Program-made: the position numbers and the translations under genes
Shown here: positions 8,964 to 19,279 of the stretch, one piece after another
Layout of the letters: each line of letters begins with the position of its first letter
Numbering within the stretch: position 1 is the stretch's first letter
From: an uncultured bacterium
Lineage (GTDB): Bacteria; Patescibacteriota; Microgenomatia; Levybacterales; UBA12049
DNA length: 64,000 nt
Assembly: GCA_963826535.1 (NCBI GenBank)
Contig: CAWGXL010000002.1
Span: forward strand, 96,654-160,653
Reading direction: 5' to 3'
The notes under the pieces: generated by a model
What the model saw: the letters and a program-made list of their open reading frames with translations, nothing else
Told to the model about the DNA's origin: nothing
Databases searched by the model: none

Positions 8964-9034
8964 TGAGCCTGGAGGGATTTGAACCCCCAACCCATTCCTT
9001 AAGAGGGAATTGCTCTACCATTGAGCTACAGGCC
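8964..9034 (-). tRNA. tRNA-Lys (anticodon CTT)
   Basis: The reverse complement folds as a cloverleaf: GGGCCTG-TA-GCTC-AATGGTA-GAGC-A-ATTCC-CTCTTAA-GGAAT-...GGGGG-TTCAAAT-CCCTC-CAGGCTC-A. Anticodon loop is C-U-CUU-A-A. CCA is not encoded. Confidence 0.8.
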
Positions 9035-9189
9035 CGGATTGGCTATATGATTTTACTTATTAGCTAATCTATAAGAACTTTCCTATTGTAACAAACTTCA
9101 CTAAATATTTCACTCAATATTTAAGCTATAACAAGGTTATTGATTATGCTCAGTAAAAGATATACTATTTTTATAGTAGTTATTTTTTT

Positions 9190-10563
9190 ATGGGTGAAAA
9201 TAAATCATTTTGGCTCTTAACTTCTGCGTTGGCTATTATTCTTATTGTAGGGCTTGTAATCTCAGTGATTCAAACTAAACATAAAAAAAACGTTCGGAGC
9301 GAGGCTGAGACTACTTCCTTGCAAGGTTGTACAGTGAGCGTTGATAAATTGAAGATATCAGAAGATGAGCAAAGCCTGTTTGATCAAATCAATATCTACC
9401 GCCAGCAATACGGATTGAATACTCTGACATGGTCTGATTCTTTAATAAGAGGGGCTAGCTGGATGAGCAATGATATGCTGGCTAGCGGGTCTTTAAGTCA
9501 TATAGATTCGATGGGGCGGAATGTACCAACAAGGATATCAAATTGTGGTTATACCTCGCATACTTCATTAGGGGAAAATATTGACAGTGGAACTCGCGAC
9601 AGCCAATCAATTCTTGACGCTTGGAAACACTCCGCGAGTCAAAACGCAAATTTGTTGAGCGCAAATTTTAAAGAAGTAGGTATTGCACTAGAGTCTGATC
9701 TGGCAAAGAGTTCTCACTATTGGACATTGGATTTGGGAAGTCGCGGCATATCACCTACACCATCAATTACTCTTACTGTTGCCCCTTCAATTATCTTAAG
9801 CCCAACAGTTATAAAAACCCCAACACCCGGCCCTACCTACGTTCCTATCCCCACAGTATCCCCTACAAAGCCCTTAAACCCAACCCCTACTGTGAAGAAG
9901 CCAACTCCGACTCAGTCTGTTCCAACCGCAAAACCAACATTAATACCACTGCCTACAAATCCACCAATACCAACCGTAACACCTATTCCAACCGTGGTTC
10001 CAACTCCCACAACACCACCTGACTATGTTCCAAATCCACAAGATATGCAACTTTTTGCCACTGTAAAACTTACAGGAATTGGCAATGACGCTAATCGCAA
10101 TCCGAAACATCTAACCCGCCATGTGGTTGTCGGTATTTATGATCTGGAAAATAAATTGGTTACTGAAGGCAACGGATTCATTATTTACGATAGAATAAAT
10201 TTGTTCAGAGGTGTAATTCATTTCGGTCCTGTAGAAAATGGTACATATTTTGTAAAGATTCTCAGTGATCATTTGCTACGCGCAGATGTTCAGCCGACAT
10301 TTCAAGTTTTGGAAAAAGAACGCTTGAACATTCTTCCCGAAGTAACTCTCATACAGGGAGATATTAATGATGACAATGTAGTTAATATTAAGGATTATAA
10401 TTTAGCTTTGTCCTGCTTCCAAAGTAAAAAATGTAAGGATAAAGATAAAATAACAGAAAAAGATAGTGATAAAGAGACTATTGATTTCAATGACGATGGA
10501 CTTTCAGATGTTATAGATTACAACATTCTTCTGCATAATTACTGGGAAACACTAGGAGATTAG
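9190..10563 (+). CDS. Secreted or membrane-anchored CAP/SCP (PR-1-like) domain protein with a Pro/Thr-rich linker and a C-terminal dockerin-like double calcium-binding repeat
   Basis: N-terminal TM helix. CAP-like core (YRQQYGLNTL...HSASQNANLLSANFKEVGIAL). PTPTV-type repeats. GDINDDNVVNIKDYNLAL and DFNDDGLSDVIDYNILL match the dockerin/EF-hand loop D-x-N-x-D-G. Confidence 0.65.
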   Translation: MGENKSFWLLTSALAIILIVGLVISVIQTKHKKNVRSEAETTSLQGCTVSVDKLKISEDEQSLFDQINIYRQQYGLNTLTWSDSLIRGASWMSNDMLASGSLSHIDSMGRNVPTRISNCGYTSHTSLGENIDSGTRDSQSILDAWKHSASQNANLLSANFKEVGIALESDLAKSSHYWTLDLGSRGISPTPSITLTVAPSIILSPTVIKTPTPGPTYVPIPTVSPTKPLNPTPTVKKPTPTQSVPTAKPTLIPLPTNPPIPTVTPIPTVVPTPTTPPDYVPNPQDMQLFATVKLTGIGNDANRNPKHLTRHVVVGIYDLENKLVTEGNGFIIYDRINLFRGVIHFGPVENGTYFVKILSDHLLRADVQPTFQVLEKERLNILPEVTLIQGDINDDNVVNIKDYNLALSCFQSKKCKDKDKITEKDSDKETIDFNDDGLSDVIDYNILLHNYWETLGD

Positions 10564-10566
10564 ATC

Positions 10567-12243
10567 ATGAGTCACACAAAAAAGCACTCGAGAAAAAAAC
10601 TTTTTCAAATTTTAATTGAGTACGGAATTCATCTGTGGATACTGATTTTTGTCTGCAATGTAGCTATATTTTATGGTTTTAGCTTTTTTATCAGGGCATC
10701 AACAGATACTTCTCCTCCCGCGTCTCCATCGCCTGCCCCGATTCAATCGGGGCCATCGCTGATTGCATCAGGTCTAACTCCAGTAGAGTCAGGGCTTAGC
10801 CCGGAGATTCCTTCCCCCACGCCTACTATAGTGATACCTGTTCCTACTGCTGCCGGTCCGGTTGTCAGCCTGAGCTTCAGTTTGTCAGGAATAGGTACTA
10901 ACGGAGGTAATTTAAAACCATTACACCCCGCGCGCGAAGTTTCGGTCTATCTTTATAGTCCTGATTCAAATACGGCTGCTAAAACTGTAAGACCATTGCA
11001 TACAATTAAAACTCACGCGACTTATGATGCTGATCCGAACAGTCCTACTTACACTCTTTTTGTTAATAAATATATAGATCTTGGTAGAAATGTAGGTGAG
11101 CGGGATCGTTTTCAAATTGCATTTAAAACGACGCAAACACTTACGCAGCTTATAAAAGAGCCAGGATCAAATTCTCCCGGAGGGAAAATTCTTACTACCC
11201 CTTCCTCTACAGGCATAGCATTGCCTTTGCCACATCAAGTTATGATTAGCGGAGATATATATCCCGTTTCAAATTCTAATAATATTATGGATATAAACGA
11301 TTACAATATGCTAGTAAATTGTTTTAGTAACAAAGCCAGTTCTAACCGATGTATCAGCGGTTCCAGGGCAGATCTAGATGATAATGGAGTTGTCGATGGA
11401 GTTGACTATAATATTATGCTTTTGAGTTTTAGATCATTGCTGGCACAAGGGCTACCGGTGCCAAGTCTTTTTGCACCAAAACCGGTAGCTATAAATCCTA
11501 TCATTTCAAGTCCTATTTCTCGTCTTAAATTGCCCGGCTTAAATAAAAGTAAGCTATCACCAACTCCGGTTAAAACGGGACAAATCTCTCCCACGAAAAT
11601 CCCGGTAAAGTCATCAAAGGGTGGGGGAGCCAATATATTATTAATCCTTTTTGGTTTACTTATCTTTATCGGCCTAATTTTATTTGGAGCCTTTAAGCTG
11701 CATTTGCTGGATAAATTTTTAAAAAAGATTCCCAAAGGCAATACGCCGCCGCAAACCCCGGCCGGTTCCGACTCTTCACAACCAATTCCCACAGCTGATA
11801 ATACTCCTTCAACCCCTAGTTCTCCCGATCAAATCGGGGTTGAATCGGGCTCAACTTCAAATGATACTCAAATCACTTCTCCAACCACTACTTCCGATAC
11901 TGCTACCATAAACCCGTTTGAATCGAAGCAGTCTCCTGAAACTAGCACAAACCCATTTGAACCGGGACCAACAAAAAACCCAACAGATCAGCCGGGTGCA
12001 GCAGCATCATCCACAACTGACGTTTCAGGCACTATTGAGAAGTCCGGATTTTTAAAAAAAGTAAAAGTTGATGAACAAGCAGAAGGCACTTGGGTTACTT
12101 TGGCTGATGATAGTGGTATAACTCGTGGATTATATCAGGGGACGAATGTCACTGATGGATTTGTAAAAGTTAAGGGGACAATGAAAAACGATGCGGATAA
12201 TAAGCCTTATATTTTAATTACAGAATTAACCCCCGAAGGCTAA
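10567..12243 (+). CDS. Large secreted/membrane protein with a dockerin-like repeat pair, a mid-protein TM helix and a Ser/Thr/Pro-rich region
   Basis: N-terminal TM. DINDYNMLVNCF...ADLDDNGVVDGVDYNIMLL. Second hydrophobic helix NILLILFGLLIFIGLILFGAF. Low-complexity STP tail. Confidence 0.6.
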   Translation: MSHTKKHSRKKLFQILIEYGIHLWILIFVCNVAIFYGFSFFIRASTDTSPPASPSPAPIQSGPSLIASGLTPVESGLSPEIPSPTPTIVIPVPTAAGPVVSLSFSLSGIGTNGGNLKPLHPAREVSVYLYSPDSNTAAKTVRPLHTIKTHATYDADPNSPTYTLFVNKYIDLGRNVGERDRFQIAFKTTQTLTQLIKEPGSNSPGGKILTTPSSTGIALPLPHQVMISGDIYPVSNSNNIMDINDYNMLVNCFSNKASSNRCISGSRADLDDNGVVDGVDYNIMLLSFRSLLAQGLPVPSLFAPKPVAINPIISSPISRLKLPGLNKSKLSPTPVKTGQISPTKIPVKSSKGGGANILLILFGLLIFIGLILFGAFKLHLLDKFLKKIPKGNTPPQTPAGSDSSQPIPTADNTPSTPSSPDQIGVESGSTSNDTQITSPTTTSDTATINPFESKQSPETSTNPFEPGPTKNPTDQPGAAASSTTDVSGTIEKSGFLKKVKVDEQAEGTWVTLADDSGITRGLYQGTNVTDGFVKVKGTMKNDADNKPYILITELTPEG

Positions 12244-12503
12244 ATTCATCAAAAACTCCTGAAATCTCTTTGTAAAGATTATGTAATCCATATATCAAGC
12301 CGAATTTCCCTATTCATATTACAATATCTTCAATATAAGGAGGAATTATGCAATTACTTAATCAATTAATAGAAATTTTATTTGCTTCGGGTAGGACAGA
12401 TGAGTCTGATAAATATATGAAGCTATTTTCTAAACGGGAGCGGAGGAAGGAGATTTCAAAATTGTATCCAATATTCTAATACAAGATTGAAATGAAACAA
12501 AAA

Positions 12504-13115
12504 TCACAGGAATTTTGTCAAATTAAACGACATGCGGTGAAGCGTACTTAATCCGTATTTTCTGATGGCCTCCTGGTGTTTTTTGGTTCCATAGCCCTTG
12601 TTTTGTGAGAAATTATATTGAGGATAGTTTTCGTGAAGTTTAACCATGAGCGCGTCCCGATAGACTTTGGCGATTATTGATGCGGCAGCAATAGAAATAC
12701 TTTTACCATCGCCGTGAACAATAGGTTTCTGGTTTTTTCTGTCTAAATTATCAATATAAAATGCGTCAATTAAAATATATTCAGGCGATTTAGTAAGCAT
12801 TTTAACCGCTTGCTCAAATGCTTTTTGTGTAGCTTTTCCAATGCCGATCTGATTGATCACTTCGACTGAGATTTGAGCGATAGAAAAGCTTACGGCATAT
12901 TTTTTAATTATTTTAGCCAGTTTGACGCGTTTATCAGGAGCAAGTAGTTTGGAATCATTGATCTCGTCAGTGGCATTAAACTCCTGAGGCAGAATTACTG
13001 CTGCCGCGACTACCGGTCCTGCGAAACAACCCCGGCCGACTTCATCTACACCGGCGATATATTTGTAGCCATTTTGCCAGAGAAGATTTTCTTCGTCAAG
13101 TGTAGGCTTTGTCAT
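12504..13115 (-). CDS. rnhB: Ribonuclease HII
   Basis: GVDEVGRGCFAGPVVAAAVIL...DSK... are RNase HII active-site motifs. Length is 203 aa. Confidence 0.85.
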   Translation of the reverse strand: MTKPTLDEENLLWQNGYKYIAGVDEVGRGCFAGPVVAAAVILPQEFNATDEINDSKLLAPDKRVKLAKIIKKYAVSFSIAQISVEVINQIGIGKATQKAFEQAVKMLTKSPEYILIDAFYIDNLDRKNQKPIVHGDGKSISIAAASIIAKVYRDALMVKLHENYPQYNFSQNKGYGTKKHQEAIRKYGLSTLHRMSFNLTKFL

Positions 13116-13120
13116 AAATA

Positions 13121-14254
13121 TTATTTACCTTCTTCCAACAATTCTAATCCCTGTATCTGTGGCACCGCTGCGGCGAGGATTCCTTTTAAGTCACCATGCA
13201 TGCCATATGTACTGTCAATTACCTGACGGATATTTTTTTCATCCCTTGCCCACTTATTGGAAAAATAGCGTTTTTCCTTTTCAACTTCCTGCTGCATATT
13301 TGTAAATGCCTCAATTATCGCTTCAATGCGGTTTTTGAATTCTGTTCCGGTCAGGTAAGCATACAACGCTTCCATTTTGACGTCTTTACCTTTCAAAGAA
13401 TTTTTAATTATGATTTGTTGAATAAGTTTAACCCGCAATGAATCTGTCAGTGGTAATACGAAGTTTCGCTGTGTGACCCAGACTCCATTTCGAAATCCTG
13501 CAACTTTAATATTGCCCGGCATTGCTTCTGTTATAAGTACCGCTTCATCGGCATTTATGGCACGCTTGTCTGCTTTTAATTTATCAATCCACGGTTCGCT
13601 CCAGGTTCTGGTATTTTTTAATTCCCAAATAATTTTGCCCGCATATTTACCATTACTGTCCCACACTTCCTGTACAATATCCGCGCCTTTTATCCCTTTA
13701 CCCACCGGCATAATTTTGTCATGCGGATATTGTTGTTGAAGCATTTGCTCAAATGACAATTCAAATACTTCCCCTTGATTCTGTTGTGATCCTTGTGTGA
13801 GTTTGCGTTTGGCATCTTCAAGTTCTTTCAGTGTATCCTGCAACTGCTTATCCTTTTCAAGAATTTTTAAATGTTGGGCTTCTTCCGCTTTTTTTTGTTC
13901 TTCCTGGCGGATTTTCTCTTCTTCACTGGCTAATTTTTTATGCATCTCCAATTCTCTTTGTTGGTCTTTGTCTTTTAGTTGCCTTATTAACTTGGTCATT
14001 TCCAAGAGTTGGGATTGAAGCATCTCAGCTTTTTTCTTATTTTCTTCCGATTCGTTTTGGGAATCCTTAAACTTGAACTCAAATTCTTTTCTGAATCGCA
14101 ATTCTGTTTCCTTTTTAATATCTTCTTTTTGTTTCTCAAGCTCTTGAACATGCTTGCTCTTAAACTCTCCAGCTACTTCCTCTTTGAGTTGATGCTTGAG
14201 CGCCTGACTAATTTCTACCTGTTTGCCGCAATGCGGACACAATACAAAGTTCAT
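13121..14254 (-). CDS. Coiled-coil protein with N-terminal zinc ribbon (DUF2130-like)
   Basis: N-terminal CPHCGKQ...C. Long charged coiled-coil (E/K-rich). Conserved-looking C-terminal domain. Family name recalled from memory, not verified. Confidence 0.5.
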   Translation of the reverse strand: MNFVLCPHCGKQVEISQALKHQLKEEVAGEFKSKHVQELEKQKEDIKKETELRFRKEFEFKFKDSQNESEENKKKAEMLQSQLLEMTKLIRQLKDKDQQRELEMHKKLASEEEKIRQEEQKKAEEAQHLKILEKDKQLQDTLKELEDAKRKLTQGSQQNQGEVFELSFEQMLQQQYPHDKIMPVGKGIKGADIVQEVWDSNGKYAGKIIWELKNTRTWSEPWIDKLKADKRAINADEAVLITEAMPGNIKVAGFRNGVWVTQRNFVLPLTDSLRVKLIQQIIIKNSLKGKDVKMEALYAYLTGTEFKNRIEAIIEAFTNMQQEVEKEKRYFSNKWARDEKNIRQVIDSTYGMHGDLKGILAAAVPQIQGLELLEEGK

Positions 14255-14351
14255 AGTTTTTAAGTATTCACTATCATAATGCTAAATTTGATATTGCGCA
14301 AGTGCAAAAACAAAAAGTTATTGATTGGAAAATAACGAATGAGTAATGAGG

Positions 14352-14630
14352 TTATGCCGGCCAGACTTGTTCTCCGGTTTCAGTATCGGTAATTACGATA
14401 GCCTTAGTTGGACAGGCTTGTGCTGCAAGTAGAATCATCTCAGCGGCATCTGTACTGTCTGCTTTTACTGTTGACTTGTGTTCGCTGTCCAATTCAAAAG
14501 TCATAGGCGCAACCGCCAAGCAGGATGCGGCTCCAATACAAGTATCCCGAAGCACTTTTATCTTATATTTTCCTACTGTAACTTCCTTATCCTCTGAAAG
14601 CTTACCTGGCTGGCTAGGTTGATCATTCAT
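14352..14630 (-). CDS. Small ferredoxin (single Fe-S cluster type)
   Basis: CIGAASC...AAQACP cysteine pattern. Start placed at the internal Met (MNDQPSQ) because the longer ORF's N-terminus looks non-coding. Confidence 0.6.
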   Translation of the reverse strand: MNDQPSQPGKLSEDKEVTVGKYKIKVLRDTCIGAASCLAVAPMTFELDSEHKSTVKADSTDAAEMILLAAQACPTKAIVITDTETGEQVWPA

Positions 14631-14685
14631 TTTTTTCAGTATAAATAGTTTAAAAAAAAATTGCAATAGGTTATAATATTATCGG

Positions 14686-15828
14686 ATGCGAAAATTTTAT
14701 AAAATACTTAGACTTGGCCGAACTCGGCCGGTATTTATTTATAGTTTTTCATTAATTACGACACTCTTTACATTTATCCTTGTAAGTTTATTAATTTATA
14801 GCATCCACGATGCCAGTCATTTTCTCTTTTTTATTCTTCCGGTAATTCTTAACGCCTGGTACGGCGGAATAAGGCCAGGGCTACTAACAGTATTTATTAG
14901 TACAATAGCTGTCTTCATGCTATTTTTAATTCCAATGTACCAATCATTTTTATTGTTAAACGATGCTTTCTATTTAGATTTAGTAAACTACATCCTTATT
15001 GGAGTTTTAGTTAGTTTTGTTATTGATTTTCATAAACAACCGGATCAATCAATTGCCTACGAAAAACTAATTCAAGAATATATTCACCTTCTCGCAAAGT
15101 TAGACAAAAATTATAAGAAAGCGCAGGAGGAAATTATAGCGCGTGATGAATTTCTGGCTGTTGCATCTCATGAATTAAAAACCCCGGTAACATCAATGCT
15201 ACTTCAGGTCCAAGCCGCTCTTCATAATATACGAAACGTATCACTGGCAAAGTTTTCGGTTGCTAACCTTTTACAAATGCTCAATAGCACAGAGCAGCAG
15301 AGCAAAAGACTTTCCAAAATGGTGAATGATCTTCTAAACACCTCGCTTATTACGACTGGGAGGTTAGAGCTGGAACTTGAAAATGTTGATTTGGCGAAGA
15401 CTGCACGTGATGTCAGTCATAGATTTTCTGAAAAACTAAAAAAAGAACACATAGACTTACTTCTTACAGCGGATAAGCCTATTTTTGGCCAATTGGATAA
15501 GCTTAGAATTGAACAAGTAGTTACAAATCTGCTCTCTAATGCGATTAAGTATGGTGGCGGAAAGCTGATTAAGCTTAGTGTTACAAATTCAAATTCCCGA
15601 GGTCATATCATTGTTCAAGATCAAGGTATTGGAATCCCGGCGGATCTTCAGGAGAAAATTTTCGGCCGTTTCAAAAGGGGAGTCTCGCCAAATGAATATA
15701 GGGGATTAGGTGTAGGATTGTATATAACAGATCAAATTGTAAAAGCTCACAAAGGCAAAATTAATGTAACTAGTAAAGAAGGAAAAGGTACAACCTTTAC
15801 TATAGAATTGCCGTTAAAAAGAACATAA
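14686..15828 (+). CDS. Membrane-bound sensor histidine kinase
   Basis: About 4 N-terminal TM helices. H-box ASHELKTPVTSM. HATPase_c motifs NLLSNAIKYGGG, DQGIGIP, GLGVGLYITDQIV. Confidence 0.85.
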   Translation: MRKFYKILRLGRTRPVFIYSFSLITTLFTFILVSLLIYSIHDASHFLFFILPVILNAWYGGIRPGLLTVFISTIAVFMLFLIPMYQSFLLLNDAFYLDLVNYILIGVLVSFVIDFHKQPDQSIAYEKLIQEYIHLLAKLDKNYKKAQEEIIARDEFLAVASHELKTPVTSMLLQVQAALHNIRNVSLAKFSVANLLQMLNSTEQQSKRLSKMVNDLLNTSLITTGRLELELENVDLAKTARDVSHRFSEKLKKEHIDLLLTADKPIFGQLDKLRIEQVVTNLLSNAIKYGGGKLIKLSVTNSNSRGHIIVQDQGIGIPADLQEKIFGRFKRGVSPNEYRGLGVGLYITDQIVKAHKGKINVTSKEGKGTTFTIELPLKRT

Positions 15829-15837
15829 AAAATTTAT

Positions 15838-16545
15838 ATGATTGTAAAAATAAAAGAAAAAAAAGAAATTGCCAAGGGAACATTAATGGTTGTTTTTGAT
15901 TTATTAGGCCAAGAATTAAATTTCAAACCCGGACAATTTAGTAAAGTAACACTTATAAATCCACCATACAGTGACGATCGCGGAAACAATCGCTTTTTGG
16001 GATTTACAACTAGTCCTTCTGATAAAGGGTCTTTCGCAATTGTGACAAGAATGGGAATTTCTGCTTTTAAAAGATCATTAGCTGAGCTTCCCATTGGAAC
16101 AGAAGTAGAAATTGGAGGTATCGATGGACGAATTAATCTACCTGAAGATCGTAACCAACCTCTGGTATATGTAACAGGTGGCATTGGAATTACGCCAATT
16201 ATGGGAATACTCAGATTTTGTCACGGAAACTCATGGCCCTACACAATCACTCTGGTATTCTCAAATAAAAATCGTGAATCCGCTCCCTTTTTTGAGGAAC
16301 TCGAAGGTTTTACAAAAGAAACTAAAAAATTCCATTTGATTGCCACCATGACGCAAGATCCGCAGTGGCCTGGAGAAAAACGAAAAATAAACGCGCAATT
16401 CATAAAAGATTATTTTCCTCAACCCGAAAAAAATATCTATTTTGTAACCGGAACCCCTAGATTTGTGCCAAATGTTTTCCTTGAAATAAAAAATGCAGGC
16501 GTGCCTATACAAAATATAAAAATGGAAATATTTACAGGATATTAA
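15838..16545 (+). CDS. FAD/NAD(P)-binding oxidoreductase, ferredoxin-reductase (FNR)-like fold
   Basis: RFLGFTTSP (R-x-Y/F-S/T FAD motif) and VYVTGGIGITPIMGIL (GxGxxP NAD(P)-binding motif). Confidence 0.6.
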   Translation: MIVKIKEKKEIAKGTLMVVFDLLGQELNFKPGQFSKVTLINPPYSDDRGNNRFLGFTTSPSDKGSFAIVTRMGISAFKRSLAELPIGTEVEIGGIDGRINLPEDRNQPLVYVTGGIGITPIMGILRFCHGNSWPYTITLVFSNKNRESAPFFEELEGFTKETKKFHLIATMTQDPQWPGEKRKINAQFIKDYFPQPEKNIYFVTGTPRFVPNVFLEIKNAGVPIQNIKMEIFTGY

Positions 16546-16547
16546 AT

Positions 16548-16595
16548 TAAATCCCCCTTCGCCCCCTTTAATAAAGGGGGTTGGGGGATTTTTAG
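16548..16595 (+). terminator. Rho-independent terminator
   Basis: aaatcccccttcgccccctttaataaagggggttgggggattttt. A long GC-rich inverted repeat is followed by a T-tract, immediately after the stop of the upstream gene. Confidence 0.7.
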
Positions 16596-16636
16596 CTTGA
16601 CATTTTTAAGTCTTTAGACTAATCTCTATTTAATAT

Positions 16637-17458
16637 ATGCCCGGGACTGCCCAGCCTCTCATTTTACCTACTGGAAAAAAGCCGAAACTTGTTTCGAATA
16701 AAAGCAAACTTTTTTTAGTCTGTATTATCATTCTTACTACTTATCTATCCGGAAAAATTACTATTTTAAACGAAATAGGAAAACACGGACAAACATTTCA
16801 AGAATTAGAAAGAGAAATTTCATCTGTTGCTTCTGCTCGGGCAAGTCAGGATTTTTCGTCAAAAGGTACTCTGGAAAATAAAACTGATACTGATAAATTT
16901 CAAATTAAACAAATCGCAATCGGCCAAAAAGCATCTCCAGCTTTAGATCAATCCGCCTCACCCCAGCGAATTTTGGGGGAAAGGGAGATTACGGACGCTC
17001 CGGCAGGGAATATATGGGGGATAGCGACAAAAATTGATACTCATACCTATACAATGCAAGTACAGGCAGACAGTGTTATGGCAAATCCGAAAGAAATACT
17101 AACCGCTTTGAATAATTATCGTAAGCAGCACGGCAGCGGAGAGCTTGTATGGGATGATAAACTCGCGGATTTTGCCAAAAAGCGCGCTGAATTTTTTACC
17201 GAAAAAGATAATCTCGATAATCATAAAGGTTTTTTAGATTATCTTAACAATCAGGATGGATTCAAAAAATTAGGCTTCTCAAGTATTGGAGAAAACTCGA
17301 GTATTGGATTTACTTTAAATGGAGTACATCTCATAGAATGGGTTTATGCCGGCGACGAAGAACACGATGGAAACCAGTTAAACACTGAATGGCATTACGC
17401 CGGCATTGGAATTAATGGTAATGCTACAGATCTCGTCTTTGCAGGACATAAATTATAA
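16637..17458 (+). CDS. Secreted CAP/SCP-like (YkwD-like) domain protein
   Basis: Signal-anchor. ANPKEILTALNNYRKQHGSGELVWDDKLADFAKKRAEF...EWHYAGIGINGNA resembles the CAP domain. Confidence 0.55.
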   Translation: MPGTAQPLILPTGKKPKLVSNKSKLFLVCIIILTTYLSGKITILNEIGKHGQTFQELEREISSVASARASQDFSSKGTLENKTDTDKFQIKQIAIGQKASPALDQSASPQRILGEREITDAPAGNIWGIATKIDTHTYTMQVQADSVMANPKEILTALNNYRKQHGSGELVWDDKLADFAKKRAEFFTEKDNLDNHKGFLDYLNNQDGFKKLGFSSIGENSSIGFTLNGVHLIEWVYAGDEEHDGNQLNTEWHYAGIGINGNATDLVFAGHKL

Positions 17459-17700
17459 TAGAAACTCCTTAATCCTTTTTACATTTCTCTTACTGATCTA
17501 TCATGTTTTTTTTATCCCTCTGCCTTAATATAAATTTATTATAAAACACTTGAGAAATATCACTATTTTTGGTAACGGTTTTCTCGGGTTAAAATTATGA
17601 AAGAAGCAGTTTTTAATCATCTTGTAAGACTATTACAAAGTGACTTATTTTCTTCATTCCGTAAAGTCTGGACAGCCCAGGTAAGATAGGGTATGTTGTA

Positions 17701-19158
17701 TTACTTCTTGTAGTCTACTCTTTCAAATAAATAAAAGTGCTCACTTCTGAACTTCACTTTATGAGTTTTACTTGATAGTAAGATAGGAATAAGTTCATTT
17801 TCGTATTCCTTTGGTTCATAATTACCAATAATTCTGTTTTGAGTTATTAAAGCAATAAACTGTGCCGATCGGGTTGCACTCGGCACAAACCAGACATTAC
17901 TTCTATGATTTACATGAGGCCTTACTTCCAAGGAAGCAGTTATTGATGCATCTTTGGGTATACTTTGTAGCTCTTTTTCAAACGCTTTATCTTCTTCTGT
18001 TACATTATAAATAAAACACCAGCATGATGGTGTTGTCGGGAGCGGACTATAATGGTAGTTTACCCGTAATGCTACTAGAACCATTCCCATGCACACCAAG
18101 TACATTATGTATTTGGAGTACGGTTTGACTTTTTTTATTTTGACCAAAAACCAAGAAAGATATGAAAAACCAAATATGGTAGCAATAACCAAAGATGGGA
18201 TTATTCCGGTTCCATAATGAAAAACGATATTCTTCGTGTCTCTAAGTACATTTATTAAAACTGACGGAAGAGACATTAAAATCCATGGCAGCCCCAAAAT
18301 AGGGATGAAGGCAAATGGTTTCAAAAGTAATGAATAATAATCCCTAGACTCCTTATCTAAAAGGAATGTATTCAAAAAATTTATAGGATTAACTTTATTT
18401 AAGACAGTAGATGGAACTATTTCTTGATCGTATTCTTTAAGTGCCCAGTGTATGCTATCAGGGCTAAAACCAGGCATGACAACAAATACCATTAGTATAA
18501 ACCAAAATATTCCACCAATAAAAGTTACAAGACCTATTTTTCTGTTTTTAAATACAAAAAATATCGCAAGCCCCATCATTGCAATATTTAAGGATTGATT
18601 TTCTTTTGTAAGAATGGCGAGGAGAACAAACATACTATACAGCACCCATCTTTTCGTATATGCAAAGTAAAAAGCGAATAAGAAAAATGGGACAACGAGA
18701 GACACCGGGTGAAAATCATAAATGTTAGTCCAAATCATCGGAGGATTTAGTAGAAATACCAAGACGATAGTGAGAGAAGCAATTTTATTTTTAAGAATTT
18801 TATATGCAAGAAGATAAGTAGGAATTCCGCCTAGCCCAAGAAAAAAAGCTTGAGATATAAGAAGTATACGCACGTCATCCCAGATAAGATAAAGAGGAGA
18901 TAGAAGAATTAAGATGAAGTCCGCATGGACCGATAACCGAGAAACATAATCATCATGAAACCGCAAAGAAAAGAAATTACCATACATCGTATTCCAGACA
19001 GTATGATCCATATTCGAGAGGTCAAAATTTGAAGCAAAGGCATTGTGGCGCAATATAGAAAATACTGAAAGCGTAACAACGTAGATAGTGATAAATAATA
19101 CAAGAAGAATCTTATCCCAATGTCTTCTGAGAAGCTTTGAATTAATCTTAATATTCAT
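17701..19158 (-). CDS. Polytopic integral membrane protein, DUF2079-like / GT-C-like
   Basis: 485 aa with more than 10 predicted TM helices. N-terminal ...RHNAFASNFDLSNMDHTVWN... resembles the DUF2079 signature. Family recalled from memory. Confidence 0.55.
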   Translation of the reverse strand: MNIKINSKLLRRHWDKILLVLFITIYVVTLSVFSILRHNAFASNFDLSNMDHTVWNTMYGNFFSLRFHDDYVSRLSVHADFILILLSPLYLIWDDVRILLISQAFFLGLGGIPTYLLAYKILKNKIASLTIVLVFLLNPPMIWTNIYDFHPVSLVVPFFLFAFYFAYTKRWVLYSMFVLLAILTKENQSLNIAMMGLAIFFVFKNRKIGLVTFIGGIFWFILMVFVVMPGFSPDSIHWALKEYDQEIVPSTVLNKVNPINFLNTFLLDKESRDYYSLLLKPFAFIPILGLPWILMSLPSVLINVLRDTKNIVFHYGTGIIPSLVIATIFGFSYLSWFLVKIKKVKPYSKYIMYLVCMGMVLVALRVNYHYSPLPTTPSCWCFIYNVTEEDKAFEKELQSIPKDASITASLEVRPHVNHRSNVWFVPSATRSAQFIALITQNRIIGNYEPKEYENELIPILLSSKTHKVKFRSEHFYLFERVDYKK

Positions 19159-19279
19159 ACTAATGTTTAATTACAACAGATACAAAAGAATAACAAGATT
19201 AGAATTTTATTGACAACACAATTTATTATAGCAACCAGATTAATTAGTATCTATATAGTAAGAGGCTTTCTAATCATCT

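Noticed and set aside
13196-14263. Several 73-88-aa plus-strand ORFs
   Set aside because: They are antisense to the 377-aa coiled-coil gene. The repetitive E/K codons generate open antisense frames.
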